Assembly: GCA_038215275.1 (NCBI GenBank)
Contig: JBBQRA010000003.1
Location: 355-64,354 of the forward strand
Length of the DNA stretch: 64,000 nucleotides
DNA from: Bryobacterales bacterium
GTDB lineage: Bacteria; Acidobacteriota; Terriglobia; Bryobacterales; Bryobacteraceae
Reading direction: 5' to 3'
The notes under the pieces were generated by a model, which saw only the letters and a list, made by a program, of their open reading frames with translations, did not search any database and was not told where the DNA came from. Position numbers and translations under genes: made by a program. How positions within the stretch are numbered: position 1 is the first letter of the stretch; every line of letters starts with the position of its first letter. This document shows, in pieces, positions 47,235 through 57,399 of the stretch.

Positions 47235-48935
47235 CTACCTCCATTGAGTGCTTTGCGCAATGCCGATCTGGCTGCCGAGCGTCCCATAGTCCAGGCCGGT
47301 GGCTTGGATCCGCATCCCGCGGCCAACCGTGGCCAGCGCCAGCGTACCACGCTGCAAGAGAGTCAGCCCCGGAGCCGGCGTTAACGTCTGGCTCGAAGGC
47401 AGCGTCAGCAGCACCGTGGCGGGAACCGTGAACTGACGGTCCGCATTGCGCGCCCAGCACTGGAAGGAAGCCCCGGTCACTTGCGTACCCTGCGTCACAA
47501 AACTCTGGCCCTGAATTGTCACTAGTGACGCCGGCTCCCCACCGCTCCACGTCACTGTCGTCCCTGCCGAGCGCGTGATGGCCTCGAGCGAAGCCCGGTT
47601 GGTCCATTCGAACTCCGGAGCCACCGTAATGCTCCCGCTGAAGCTCCCGATGTCCGGGCCGCCCGGACCGCTCATCGTGTAGCGACCCGCGTCCAGATAG
47701 TTCCCCGCTGTGCCATTGCCCACCTCGGCTGAATAGCCGATTACTCCCACCGAATTGATCGAACGGGCCACGGTGCGGTCACCGGCCGGCCCCGCCACCG
47801 CAAGCGGTGTACCTGCGTCCAGGCCCCGATACACCAGATCCGGAAAAGGATTGGTCAGGCCCGTGGTCACGATACAGGAGCCCGCAGTTGGCACGAAAAA
47901 GTTCGACCGGAAAAGCGGCGCGAGATTCCCGCTCACGCGGTTGTACCCGGCCGAGGCGACATCACTCCGAATCACCGATCGCGTAATCGCGCCACCCGCC
48001 CCGTCAGCCACCGAGTAGCTGATCGAGCGGGTCAAGCCAAAGCTTCCGGTAGTGAACTGCCCGGCCCCAATCCACCGGCTCACCTCTTCCGGCGTTACGG
48101 AAAGTCCTTCATCGCCGCCTTCGAGTGCCGGACACTCCGCACCCGAGGCCGCCACCGGGATCGTGCTGAAATTGCTCACGTAGCTGCCGGAGGCCACTGC
48201 AACCGCCACGCCACAACCTGTACCCACGTTCGCCGGCACCACGACGTTAATCTGATCCAATCCCGGAAACACCGTCCGTCCGTGGTACAGCACCGTCGCT
48301 GGTTTTCCGCCAATCTCCACCAGGATCGGCACATTGGCCAGGTTCGTCTGCGTCTGAGCCACGGTCTCGTCGCCCGCCGATGGCCCGGCGCCTGTGCCAT
48401 ACAGCACAATCACATCGCCCGGATGCGTCGCGTTCGACGGCCCCAGCAACTGGTTCGCCGCATCAAACACTGCCGCCGCTCCGCTGCCGGATCCGTCCAG
48501 CGTCAAAGTGCCGAACGCACTCTGCACCACACGAATCGGCGACGTTGCGCTCGTACGGCCATTGTTGGTCACCGTGATTGTTCCCGTTCCCACTGGAGTA
48601 GCCGAAGGTAGAATCCCCGCCACCTGCGTCGGCGTGACGTAGTAGAGGATCACCGCTCGTGTCACACCGCCCACGGTCACTGCTGCCGAGACGCCTTCAA
48701 GCGTCGTTCGTAGCGGCACACTTTGTAGGCCCGTCGACGAATTCGCCAGACCTGTGCCAAAGATCACAAAAATGGAACCCTGCGCAATACCGTGGTGAGG
48801 CAGCGCCGCCGGCACATAACTGTAATTGTTCAGAACCGCCGAAACCACCGGCTGTGCGGAGGCCAATCCTCCGCACAGAAACGCCGCCCACACCAGCCGG
48901 AGCACTATTCCGTACCTTCCGCAAAGGCCCGCCAT
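47235..48935 (-). CDS. secreted Ig-like repeat protein, TIGR03437 (Solibacter-type) family
   Basis: Repeated blocks GDVIVLYGTGAGP...ATVLYHGRTVFPGLDQINVVVP and GSIFVIFGTGL... typical of this family. Signal peptide present. Confidence 0.62.
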   Translation of the reverse strand: MAGLCGRYGIVLRLVWAAFLCGGLASAQPVVSAVLNNYSYVPAALPHHGIAQGSIFVIFGTGLANSSTGLQSVPLRTTLEGVSAAVTVGGVTRAVILYYVTPTQVAGILPSATPVGTGTITVTNNGRTSATSPIRVVQSAFGTLTLDGSGSGAAAVFDAANQLLGPSNATHPGDVIVLYGTGAGPSAGDETVAQTQTNLANVPILVEIGGKPATVLYHGRTVFPGLDQINVVVPANVGTGCGVAVAVASGSYVSNFSTIPVAASGAECPALEGGDEGLSVTPEEVSRWIGAGQFTTGSFGLTRSISYSVADGAGGAITRSVIRSDVASAGYNRVSGNLAPLFRSNFFVPTAGSCIVTTGLTNPFPDLVYRGLDAGTPLAVAGPAGDRTVARSINSVGVIGYSAEVGNGTAGNYLDAGRYTMSGPGGPDIGSFSGSITVAPEFEWTNRASLEAITRSAGTTVTWSGGEPASLVTIQGQSFVTQGTQVTGASFQCWARNADRQFTVPATVLLTLPSSQTLTPAPGLTLLQRGTLALATVGRGMRIQATGLDYGTLGSQIGIAQSTQWR

Positions 48936-50425
48936 TTCTTCGCGAGCTCACCTTTACCGCCCATGCCCGGCGCACCTGAGTACATCATCGAAAGGTTGCG
49001 CGCCGCCAAGCGGTGACCGCCCTCGGCCGCCTTCGTCAGCCAACGTTCGCCTTCCTTGAAGTTCTGCTCCGTGCCGTTACCGACCAGGTACAGCATGCCC
49101 ACCCGCGCCGCCGCCGTCACGTCTCCCTTCTCCGCCGCCGCCAGCGTCTGCTGGAAATTGCCCAGCGGACCAAAGCCGTCGTTCTTCGCCGTGATTTCCG
49201 CAAGCCATTTATCCCAACCGCCGACCGGCTCCCGGTTCTGCTTGCGGCCCAGGTCACCGCGGAATTCGCGATCCCGAATCGTGGCCAGCGCGTTGTTGGC
49301 CATCGTCCGCAACTCTTCGTCCGGATCTTTCAACAGGCCTACCAGCGCCGCAAACACGGGCGGATCCTGCCTCACCCCGTTGATCTGCAGTTTCACCGCG
49401 TTCACCAAACCGTCTACCGCGCTCACGCCGTACGGACCCTCGTCGAGCGCCAACTTGATCAGCGCCCCCTGGGCCGCCTGACTGCGCCAGTTCGCGTTAA
49501 TCGCCAACACTTGGATCGTTTCTGGGGTCGCCGGCAAACCGCCGATCGCCGCAATCGCTTCCTCACCACAGTTCGTCTTCGCACAGGCCTTGATGGCCTC
49601 TGGCGTTAACTTCTTCTTCACCACTTCGCCCGCCGCAGCGCCGCCCACAACGGCCAGACCCGTGCCCTTGGCCAGCATTGCCTTTTCAGCGGCCGATAGA
49701 GGCAGCCGCTTGTTCCGCTGCGCCACCGCCCAGGCAATCGCATCGTCGTTCGTCACCGGGTGATACGTCCGCTCTCCCAGGTCATCCACTTCGCGATAAA
49801 TCACCGGATAGCTCTTGGCCTGCACCCGGCTGTAGCCGTCGCGCACGTTGGTCAAGTGGTGCGACAAGTCACGCATGCCCAGAACCATATAGATGCCCGG
49901 CCCTTCTTTCTCGGCATTGAACGGGGTCACGTGCGACGGCATCAGCCACCACGTCCAGCTATAGGAGATGGACGCCGCGTACAGGTCCGGGAACAGCATC
50001 GCCATCTGCCCGGAGATCTTGCCGCCCTCGCCTTTGCCATAGAGGTACACCCGGCGCGGATTCACCGGATAGGTCTTCTTCGCCCACGCGAGCAACTGCT
50101 GAATCGGCTCATGATCGGCCGTACCGAACTTCCGCTCCTGCGGATGCGCGCCGATCACGACAAACTGATCGCTCAAGCCCAGTCGATCGAGCGCCGCCTT
50201 CACAGGCAGCATCTCATCGCCGGTCGGACGGTCATGTTCCGGAAAACACAGGAACAGGCCGACTTGTTTATTCGGATCCGTGGTCCCGGCCGGGGCGATG
50301 CCCGCCGGCGCGGAGACCGCATAACGAATGATCGTCTTGCCGGCCTCGTCCTTCAATTCTTGCTCTAAGGGCGTCAGACCCCACATCAATCCGATGCTCA
50401 ATACGCTCAGTAATGCCGCTTTCAT
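48905..50425 (-). CDS. secreted multidomain protein: esterase-like alpha/beta region + HEAT-like helical region + C-terminal Sel1 repeats
   Basis: Signal peptide MKAALLSVLSIGL. YLYGKGEGG and dienelactone/esterase-like N-region. C-terminal AARVGMLYLVGNGTEQNFKEGERWLTKAAEGGHRLAARNLSMMY is Sel1. Confidence 0.55.
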   Translation of the reverse strand: MKAALLSVLSIGLMWGLTPLEQELKDEAGKTIIRYAVSAPAGIAPAGTTDPNKQVGLFLCFPEHDRPTGDEMLPVKAALDRLGLSDQFVVIGAHPQERKFGTADHEPIQQLLAWAKKTYPVNPRRVYLYGKGEGGKISGQMAMLFPDLYAASISYSWTWWLMPSHVTPFNAEKEGPGIYMVLGMRDLSHHLTNVRDGYSRVQAKSYPVIYREVDDLGERTYHPVTNDDAIAWAVAQRNKRLPLSAAEKAMLAKGTGLAVVGGAAAGEVVKKKLTPEAIKACAKTNCGEEAIAAIGGLPATPETIQVLAINANWRSQAAQGALIKLALDEGPYGVSAVDGLVNAVKLQINGVRQDPPVFAALVGLLKDPDEELRTMANNALATIRDREFRGDLGRKQNREPVGGWDKWLAEITAKNDGFGPLGNFQQTLAAAEKGDVTAAARVGMLYLVGNGTEQNFKEGERWLTKAAEGGHRLAARNLSMMYSGAPGMGGKGELAKKWRAFAEGTE

Positions 50426-50469
50426 GAACAAGACTATATCTAATTCTGTATCCGCTATCATCAACAGTC

Positions 50470-51573
50470 ATGCGCCTTGCTGCCCTTTGCCTGCTCACCC
50501 CCTCCCTGTTTGCCCAATCGCCGCTTACCCATACTGACGTTTTCCGGGCCGGCGTCGGTGGCTATCACTCCTATCGCATTCCCGCCCTCCTCACCGCCGC
50601 TAACGGCCATCTGCTGGCCTTCGCAGAGGCCCGCCGTGACAACCGGGGCGACCCCGGCCTCGGCGATATCGACTTAGTTGTTGCCCGGTCCACCGATCAG
50701 GGCCGCACTTGGACAAAGCCCGAGCTGCTCGACGACCCCGGCGAAAAATGGTCAGCCTCCAACCCCACGCCGCTACTGGACCGATCGAACGGCCGCCTCT
50801 GGATCTTCTTCAATCGCTGGCAACCCGGCTACGGAACTGAGAAGTCGCAACCCGGCCAGCCCCATAACCAGATGTGGGCCCGCACCAGTGATGACCACGG
50901 ACTCACCTGGTCCGCTCCCCGCGACCTCACCCGCGACAGCCGCGAATACGACCACTGGGGCGCCATGTTCCTGGGCCCCGGCGGGGCCATTCAAACCAAG
51001 TCCGGTCGAATGTTAATCCCGGCCTCGATGAAGGCCGACCTCTTCACTGCCCAAGCCACCGTCGGCGGCTTCACGGGCTCTATGGGCCTTATGCGCGCCT
51101 ATATCCTGGCCAGCGACGACCACGGCCAATCCTGGAAGCGCGGCGCCCTCGTCCCCGCCCTAACCAATGAAAACCAATTGGTCGAACTGGCCAACGGCAA
51201 CGTCCTGATGGACGCCCGCCAGAACAACGGCGACCACCGCTGGTTCCTCACCTCCCCGGACGGCGGTCAATCCTGGCTGCGCCCGCGCCGCGGCCTCACC
51301 GTCACCGCCGTCGCCACCGCCATCGAACGGCTCGGCAACCGCCTTCTCTGGACCGGCCCTACCATGAACAACCGCCAGAACCTCGTCGTCCGCTCGAGCT
51401 ACGACGAAGGGCAAACCTGGATCCAGGAACGCGTCATCTACGGCGGTTTCGCAGCATACTCTGACCTCGCCGTGCTCTCCGATGGCGCCGCCGGCGTCCT
51501 CTGGGAACGCGGTTCGACCGAGCCCTATCAGGCCATCACGTTCACGCGCCTTCCCCCGGCGTTCCTGGAATAA
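50470..51573 (+). CDS. exo-alpha-sialidase (GH33, BNR repeats)
   Basis: YRIPAL (RIP motif). Asp boxes STDQGRTW, SDDHGLTW, SDDHGQSW, SPDGGQSW and SYDEGQTW. Confidence 0.87.
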   Translation: MRLAALCLLTPSLFAQSPLTHTDVFRAGVGGYHSYRIPALLTAANGHLLAFAEARRDNRGDPGLGDIDLVVARSTDQGRTWTKPELLDDPGEKWSASNPTPLLDRSNGRLWIFFNRWQPGYGTEKSQPGQPHNQMWARTSDDHGLTWSAPRDLTRDSREYDHWGAMFLGPGGAIQTKSGRMLIPASMKADLFTAQATVGGFTGSMGLMRAYILASDDHGQSWKRGALVPALTNENQLVELANGNVLMDARQNNGDHRWFLTSPDGGQSWLRPRRGLTVTAVATAIERLGNRLLWTGPTMNNRQNLVVRSSYDEGQTWIQERVIYGGFAAYSDLAVLSDGAAGVLWERGSTEPYQAITFTRLPPAFLE

Positions 51574-51711
51574 CGAACTCGGCTACGGCTTTCCTCCAAT
51601 TAGGTGCTCCTGCAAAATCCGCTCCAGCACCAAGCTCTGCGGTACCGAAACCAGAATCGAAGCAAAAATCAATGTGGACCGATTTGGTCGTCTTGTGTTA
51701 CGCTCAATTCC

Positions 51712-54087
51712 ATGAATGCAAATGTGTTGCAACTGCCTCTTTTGGCGTTAGCCGTTGCCCCCATCATCGCGGCTCAGTCCGCTGCTTTCCCGGTCCGTGG
51801 CGTCGTGCAGGATGCCTCACGCTCCGCCATCGCCGGTGCCCAGATAAGGGCCATGACGGGCCTGAAAGGCCAAGAAACGACGATTCTATCCGATCCCCAA
51901 GGCCGTTTCGAATTATCGCTCGCTGCCGGCAGCTACCGCCTTCTCACCTCCGCCGCAGGCTTCTCCGCCACCGAACAGGCCCTCACAGTTGCGGACAAGC
52001 CGTTGCAAGTCGGTATCACTCTCACCATCGCGCCCTTGGCTGAAACGATCCGGGTCTCCGGCGGCCGCGTCCTCTCCTCTGGTGCCGACTTGCAACGCCT
52101 TCCCGGCGCTGCCGACATTCTCACAGCGGAAGTCCTCCGCGAAAGCAATGTCATGACCACGGAAGAGGCTCTGCGGAAAGTCTCCGGAGTCCATGCCCGC
52201 GGTGAGGACGCTTTCGGTCTTCGCCCCAATATCGGCATCCGTGGTCTCTCCCCCACTCGCTCTACCAAAGTCCTCCTGCTTGAAGATGGTATCCCGCTGT
52301 CCTATGCGCCATACGGCGACAACGCTTCTTACTACCATCCCCCCGTTGATCGCTTCGAAACCATCGAAGTCATGAAGGGCGGAGAGCAGATCGTATTCGG
52401 CCCCATGACCGTTGGCGGCGTCATCAACTACGTCACCCCGGCTATCCCAGCCAAGCGCGGCGGCTCCCTGATGCTGATGGGCGGCAATCGCAACTATCTC
52501 AATGGACACGCCAAATACGGGGCAAATTTCAAAAACACGGGTTGGCTGATTGACCTCCTTCGCAAACAGGGCGAAGGCTCCCGGGACAACGTCCGCCATG
52601 GCATCACCGACTTCAACGTAAAGACCCTGACCAGCGTCTCCTCCCGCCAAACTATCGGCCTCCGCTTCAACTCCTACGCCGAGGATTCCAACATCTCCTA
52701 CTCCGGGCTCCGCGAAAGCGAATTCCTCGCCAACCCGCGCGGCAACGTCTTCCGCAACGACTTCTTCAACACCAATCGCTACGCCGGCGCCGTTACCCAT
52801 ACGCTGGCCCTGTCCGACCACCTCGTACTCTCCACCAACGGCTACGCTTCTGCCTTCCTCCGGGACTGGTGGCGCCAATCCAGCAGCTCCAGCCAGCGCC
52901 CCAATGACTCCGCCGACCCCGCCTGCGGCGGCATGGCCAATCTCCTCACCACTTGCGGAAACGAAGGCCGCCTCCGCTACTATCAGACTTGGGGCGTCGA
53001 CCCCAAGTTGAAATATACTTTCAAGTTCGGCAACGCGCAGAACGAATTCGACCTCGGCTTCCGCTACCACTCCGAGATTCAGGAACGCTACCAGAAGAAC
53101 GGCCCGCTGCCCACTTCCCGCGATGGCGTCGTCGCGGAAAACAACGACCGCCGAGCCCAGGCCGCTTCCTTCTTTCTGCAAAACCGTTTCGTCTTTGGCA
53201 ATCTGGCCATCACCCCCGGCCTCCGCTTCGAGTCCGTGAATTTCCGGCGCGTCAACCATCTCAACGGGGCTCGCGGGGATACCCGCCTCACGCAATGGAT
53301 CCCCGGCATCGGCGCCGCCTACACCGTGGGCAGCCGCCTCACCTTCTTCTCCGGCCTCCACCGCGGGTTTGCCCCGCCTCGCGTCGAAGACATCATCAAC
53401 AACAACACCGGCGCATCCGTCGATCTCGATGCCGAGTTGAGCTGGAACTATGAAGCCGGCGCCCGCGTCAACCTACCCGGCGATCTCCGGGCCGAAGCTA
53501 CCTTCTTCCGGATGGACTTCGAGAATCAGATCGTTCCCGCCAGCGTCGCCGGCGGCCTAGGCGCCACACTCACCAACGCCGGGTCCACGCTCCACCAAGG
53601 CGCCGAATTTTCCACCGCTTGGCAACTCGCCCGCTTCCTCCCCCGTCAGCATAACGTCACGCTCCGCACCGCTTGGACCGCGCTGCCCATCGCCCGCTAC
53701 TCCTCGGATCGCTTCAGCAGCATTCCTGGCTTCACCACCGCCCGGATCACCGGCAACCGGCTCCCCTACGCACCCAAGAGCCTGCTGACGTCCAGCCTCA
53801 GCTACACCCACGCCAAGGGAGTTAACGTGTTCGTCGAGAACGTCTATACGGGCAGCCAGTTCGGCGATGACCTTAACACCATCGGAGGCACGCCGGACGG
53901 CCAGCGCGGTCTGCTGCCCGGCAACGCCATATGGAACGCCTCGGTTAACGTGCCCGTCACAACCAGCACCACGCTCTTCTTCACCATGAAGAACGTCACC
54001 GACCGCCTCACCGTCGTCGACCGCAGCCGCGGCCTGCTCCCTGGCATTCCGCGGCTCGTTCAGTTCGGTTTCCGGTTCAATTTTTAG
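51712..54087 (+). CDS. TonB-dependent receptor with N-terminal carboxypeptidase-regulatory-like domain
   Basis: Signal peptide. VRGVVQDASRSAIAGAQIR is CarbopepD_reg-like. Plug domain (EEALRKVSGVHA..., IEVMKGG). C-terminal beta-barrel ends ...FGFRFNF. Confidence 0.85.
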   Translation: MNANVLQLPLLALAVAPIIAAQSAAFPVRGVVQDASRSAIAGAQIRAMTGLKGQETTILSDPQGRFELSLAAGSYRLLTSAAGFSATEQALTVADKPLQVGITLTIAPLAETIRVSGGRVLSSGADLQRLPGAADILTAEVLRESNVMTTEEALRKVSGVHARGEDAFGLRPNIGIRGLSPTRSTKVLLLEDGIPLSYAPYGDNASYYHPPVDRFETIEVMKGGEQIVFGPMTVGGVINYVTPAIPAKRGGSLMLMGGNRNYLNGHAKYGANFKNTGWLIDLLRKQGEGSRDNVRHGITDFNVKTLTSVSSRQTIGLRFNSYAEDSNISYSGLRESEFLANPRGNVFRNDFFNTNRYAGAVTHTLALSDHLVLSTNGYASAFLRDWWRQSSSSSQRPNDSADPACGGMANLLTTCGNEGRLRYYQTWGVDPKLKYTFKFGNAQNEFDLGFRYHSEIQERYQKNGPLPTSRDGVVAENNDRRAQAASFFLQNRFVFGNLAITPGLRFESVNFRRVNHLNGARGDTRLTQWIPGIGAAYTVGSRLTFFSGLHRGFAPPRVEDIINNNTGASVDLDAELSWNYEAGARVNLPGDLRAEATFFRMDFENQIVPASVAGGLGATLTNAGSTLHQGAEFSTAWQLARFLPRQHNVTLRTAWTALPIARYSSDRFSSIPGFTTARITGNRLPYAPKSLLTSSLSYTHAKGVNVFVENVYTGSQFGDDLNTIGGTPDGQRGLLPGNAIWNASVNVPVTTSTTLFFTMKNVTDRLTVVDRSRGLLPGIPRLVQFGFRFNF

Positions 54088-54897
54088 CTACTGCTTGTCC
54101 ACCGGCAGCTCCGGCTTCGCGCTCCACTCTTCAAACGAGCCGTCGTACAACTTCACATCGCGGCCGGCTAACCGGGCAGCGAAGTACGGCACGGTGGCCT
54201 GCATCCCGATGTGGCAGTAGGTCACCAGTGTCTTTCCCTCGCCCAGTTTCTCGCCCAACGCGTTCACGGGCTGAAAGGCTTTCGACTCCGTCAGTAAAGT
54301 CGGAAACGGAATGCTCTTCGCCCCCGGTATGTGCCCCGCACGCGGCATCACCCCGGCGTTCGCACCCGAATAAAACTCCGGCAACCGCGCATCCACCATC
54401 GTCACCGACTCGTCCCGCAAGTGGGCATTCACCCACGCCGAGTCCACAATCAGTTCCGGCCGCGGCTTCACCGTCAACGCCCTCGCCGCCACCACCGCCG
54501 GAGCCTCCGTCGTCAACGGCAGCCCCTTAGCTTTCCAAGCCACCAAGCCCCCATCCAGCAGCATCGCCGGCAGGCTGTGATACTCAAACGTGAACCAGAT
54601 CCGCGTCGCCGTCTGCACCGATTCGTTCCCCGCGTAGATCACCACGCGCGTCCCGTCCCCAATGCCCCACTGCATCATCCGCTCCCGCATCAACTCCGGC
54701 GGCGGCATCTCCAGCCGCAGCTTCGAATCCGGCTTCGAAACATCGGCCAGCGTCACGAGGCGCGCCCCCGCAATGTGACCCTCAGCATAATCCTTCGCCG
54801 AACCGGCGTGCAGGATGACAACATCTTTCTCGGCAGACAACCACTCCGGAGTAACCAGCAAATTCACGGCAGCAACCATCATCGGCATCACAAGCAT
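54088..54897 (-). CDS. tandem-rhodanese sulfurtransferase (SseA/thiosulfate-mercaptopyruvate type)
   Basis: Two rhodanese modules (LVTPEWL..., GHIAGA..., GHIPGAKSIPF). Active-site loop YCHIGMQA. ATG at 54897 chosen to avoid overlap (the track starts at 54936). Confidence 0.8.
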   Translation of the reverse strand: MLVMPMMVAAVNLLVTPEWLSAEKDVVILHAGSAKDYAEGHIAGARLVTLADVSKPDSKLRLEMPPPELMRERMMQWGIGDGTRVVIYAGNESVQTATRIWFTFEYHSLPAMLLDGGLVAWKAKGLPLTTEAPAVVAARALTVKPRPELIVDSAWVNAHLRDESVTMVDARLPEFYSGANAGVMPRAGHIPGAKSIPFPTLLTESKAFQPVNALGEKLGEGKTLVTYCHIGMQATVPYFAARLAGRDVKLYDGSFEEWSAKPELPVDKQ

Positions 54898-54899
54898 AC

Positions 54900-57278
54900 C
54901 TACAGTGTCCGCGAACGCGGATACGGCGTGTTCCACCCCTTCACCGCATGCCAGATGATGCGGTCCAGCACGTCAGCCGGCGCCTCGTCCGGCTCGCTGA
55001 AGTCCATTCGCAGCGAAGCCTCGGCCCCCTTGCGCTCCGCCCCGCGCAGCGCCCGAAGCGGCGGGTTCATCTCATCGAGCGGCACCCGATTTTTCTCTGC
55101 CACGTACGGCGCCAAGTCCGCTTTTTCCGTGAACACACTGAACATCGGCTCCGCCGCCAAGTCGAACTGGTTCTGCGGCGGCAACCCCAGCAGATGCTGA
55201 ATCGTCCGGTACATGTGGATCGTCGTGTAGAACGTCGAATCCACCGCCTTCCGCTTCACCCACGGGCCAATCACCATCCCAATCGTCCGGTGCCCATCCA
55301 CATGGTCCAGGCCGCTCTGCGCATCGTCCTCCGTCACGAAGATCACCGAGTCCTTCCAGTACTTGCTCTTCGAGATCGCCTCCACCAACCGCCCCAACGC
55401 CAGGTCGTTGTCCGCCACCATCGCCCGCGGCGTAGGGAACCCCGGCGAGGTGCCGCTCGTATGGTCCTGCGGCAGCAGAATCACATTCAACCGCGGCAGA
55501 TCGTCGTTCTTCTCATACGCCCTAAACTCCTCCAGGAAACGGTCCACCCGCACCTGATCCGGCACCGTCAATCCGTACGCCGGCACGTTCGGCGAATAGA
55601 CATCGCGCAAACCCACAATCTGCGCCCGCGGCGCAATCTTCACCTTGCTGGTTCCGTTCTTCCAGTCCGCGTAGATATCGCTCCATGTCGCCTTCGCCGG
55701 CGTGATGGTATTCAGACCGCGCTCCCCGTAGCTCCGCACGCTTACGCCATGAACCTTCGCCGCGTCCCAAAGAAAATCGTTCGGCGCAAACAGCATCGGG
55801 TTTTGATCGTTCCGCCCATTCCCATACTTGTGTACCCAGTCGCTCGCGTAGCCCTGCGTGCACCACCGGTGCCCCAATGCCGACTGGTCCGCCGGCGTGT
55901 AGAAGTTGTCCAGCAGCACGTACTCCTCCGCCAACTTGTGATGGTTCGGCGTCACGTCACGCCCAAAGTGCACCAGCTTCGGATCGCCATTGCCCTGCGG
56001 CAAATCGCCGAAAATCTGGTCATACGTTCGGTTCTCTTTGATCACATAAAAGACATGCTTCACCGGCGCAATCTTCCCCTTCTTCCCCCGCTGCAACTCG
56101 CCCGAGTCGTTCGCCCGCACCGCCTTCGTCCACTCCGCCAACTGCTTCGCCGACGGCTGCGGAATCACGCTGATCAACCCCTTCCGGTTCTTGTACGTCG
56201 GCGGCAGCGAGCCCATCCCATACCCGCTCGCCACTACAATTTCCCGCTCATCCGCCGATAGCGCCACCGCCGTCGGGTACCACCCCGTCGGCACAAACCC
56301 CCGCGTCTTCCCGCTGCCCGTATCGATCACGGCCACGGCATTGTCTGCGCCATTGGCCACATATAACGTCTTCCCGTGCCGGCTCACCGCCAGCGCATTC
56401 GGCGCGCTGCCCACCGGCGCCTTCGGCGTAATCCGCGCCGGAATCGTCTGCACCACGCGGTCCCCTTCCGTATCAATCACCGACACTGAATCGCTATTCG
56501 CATTCGCCACGTAAAGCCGTGTCCCGCGCAGCGCCAGCGCGCTCGGATGCAGCCCCGTCTCAATCTCCTTCACCACCTTCCGCCCCGCCACATCCACCAC
56601 TGACACCGTCCCCGACTTCGCGATCCCCGTCCGCGGATCCACTACCACCGGGAACACTCCGTCCGTCATATCTCCCGTCCCCGGCCGCCGCCCGCCCCAG
56701 TTCGACACATAGGCCTTCCCCCCGCTCACCGCCACCGTGTACGGATAGCTCCCCACCGCCACCGTCTCAACGCTCTTCTTCCCCAAGTCCACAATCGCCA
56801 ACGCATGCTTCTGGTTCAACGCCACCAGAACCGTCTCTCCCATCACCGCCAATCCGCTCGGCGCCCCGTCCATTTTGATCGTCCCATCCGCCACGAACCC
56901 CGCCCCCGTCCGCCGGAACAACTTCAACTCTTGATCCTGCCCCCCGCCCACGAACAGCCGCTCCCCATCCGCCGAAAACGCTACCCCCACAAAGCTATCG
57001 CCCAGCGCAATGGTCTGTTCCACCTTCCGGCCGGCCATATCGAGCAAATGCAGAGCCCGCGGAGCAAAGTTCGACCCCGTCACTACCGCCATCCGCTTCC
57101 CGTCAGGGCTCAGCGTGATTCCCAGCGGCCGGTCGTTCACCTCCAGCGGCACGCCCGCCGGCGCCACCCATTGTCCTGTCGGCAGCAGCGTCCGCCCATC
57201 GGACTGCTTGCCCACTTTCAACGTCCACACCGCCGCGCCCAACAGCGCCAAGCCACACAGTCCAACCAGTATCCGCAT
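54900..57278 (-). CDS. YncE-like beta-propeller fused to phosphoesterase (phospholipase C / AcpA family) domain
   Basis: N-terminal YVTN-type repeats (LYVANANSDSVSVIDT, LYVANGADNAVAVIDT). C-terminal HVFYVIKENRTYDQIFGDL and ...DHVDGHRT. Signal peptide at MRILVGLCGLALLGA. Confidence 0.8.
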   Translation of the reverse strand: MRILVGLCGLALLGAAVWTLKVGKQSDGRTLLPTGQWVAPAGVPLEVNDRPLGITLSPDGKRMAVVTGSNFAPRALHLLDMAGRKVEQTIALGDSFVGVAFSADGERLFVGGGQDQELKLFRRTGAGFVADGTIKMDGAPSGLAVMGETVLVALNQKHALAIVDLGKKSVETVAVGSYPYTVAVSGGKAYVSNWGGRRPGTGDMTDGVFPVVVDPRTGIAKSGTVSVVDVAGRKVVKEIETGLHPSALALRGTRLYVANANSDSVSVIDTEGDRVVQTIPARITPKAPVGSAPNALAVSRHGKTLYVANGADNAVAVIDTGSGKTRGFVPTGWYPTAVALSADEREIVVASGYGMGSLPPTYKNRKGLISVIPQPSAKQLAEWTKAVRANDSGELQRGKKGKIAPVKHVFYVIKENRTYDQIFGDLPQGNGDPKLVHFGRDVTPNHHKLAEEYVLLDNFYTPADQSALGHRWCTQGYASDWVHKYGNGRNDQNPMLFAPNDFLWDAAKVHGVSVRSYGERGLNTITPAKATWSDIYADWKNGTSKVKIAPRAQIVGLRDVYSPNVPAYGLTVPDQVRVDRFLEEFRAYEKNDDLPRLNVILLPQDHTSGTSPGFPTPRAMVADNDLALGRLVEAISKSKYWKDSVIFVTEDDAQSGLDHVDGHRTIGMVIGPWVKRKAVDSTFYTTIHMYRTIQHLLGLPPQNQFDLAAEPMFSVFTEKADLAPYVAEKNRVPLDEMNPPLRALRGAERKGAEASLRMDFSEPDEAPADVLDRIIWHAVKGWNTPYPRSRTL

Positions 57279-57399
57279 CGCCCGGCAGCGTAGCACAATT
57301 GGGCACGTCCCAGGCAGCAATCCTTTTACCAACTGCTACCCTAACGAATGTGCAGATGGATGTACTCAAATACATGTGTGACCAACACCAGACCCAGTC

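Noticed and set aside
46524-47384. 286-aa plus-strand ORF
   Set aside because: It is Pro/Arg/Gln-rich. It overlaps the 3' end of the DUF1501 gene and is antisense to two minus-strand ORFs with membrane-protein and Ig-repeat character.
51574-51711. A riboswitch (e.g. cobalamin) in the leader of the TonB-dependent receptor
   Set aside because: The 138-nt spacer shows no B12-box-like core or other riboswitch consensus that I recognise. Only a covariance-model scan could exclude it fully.
51913-53361. 482-aa minus-strand ORF
   Set aside because: It is antisense to the TonB-dependent receptor gene, has low-complexity Gly/Ala/Glu/Val composition, and has no motifs.
54948-56261. 437-aa plus-strand ORF
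   Set aside because: It is antisense to the beta-propeller/phosphoesterase gene and has extreme Arg/Pro/His/Leu content. The same reasoning applies to 60324-61544 (antisense to the sulfatase and AKR genes), and to 62533-63897 and 62672-63976 (alternative frames of the second sulfatase).
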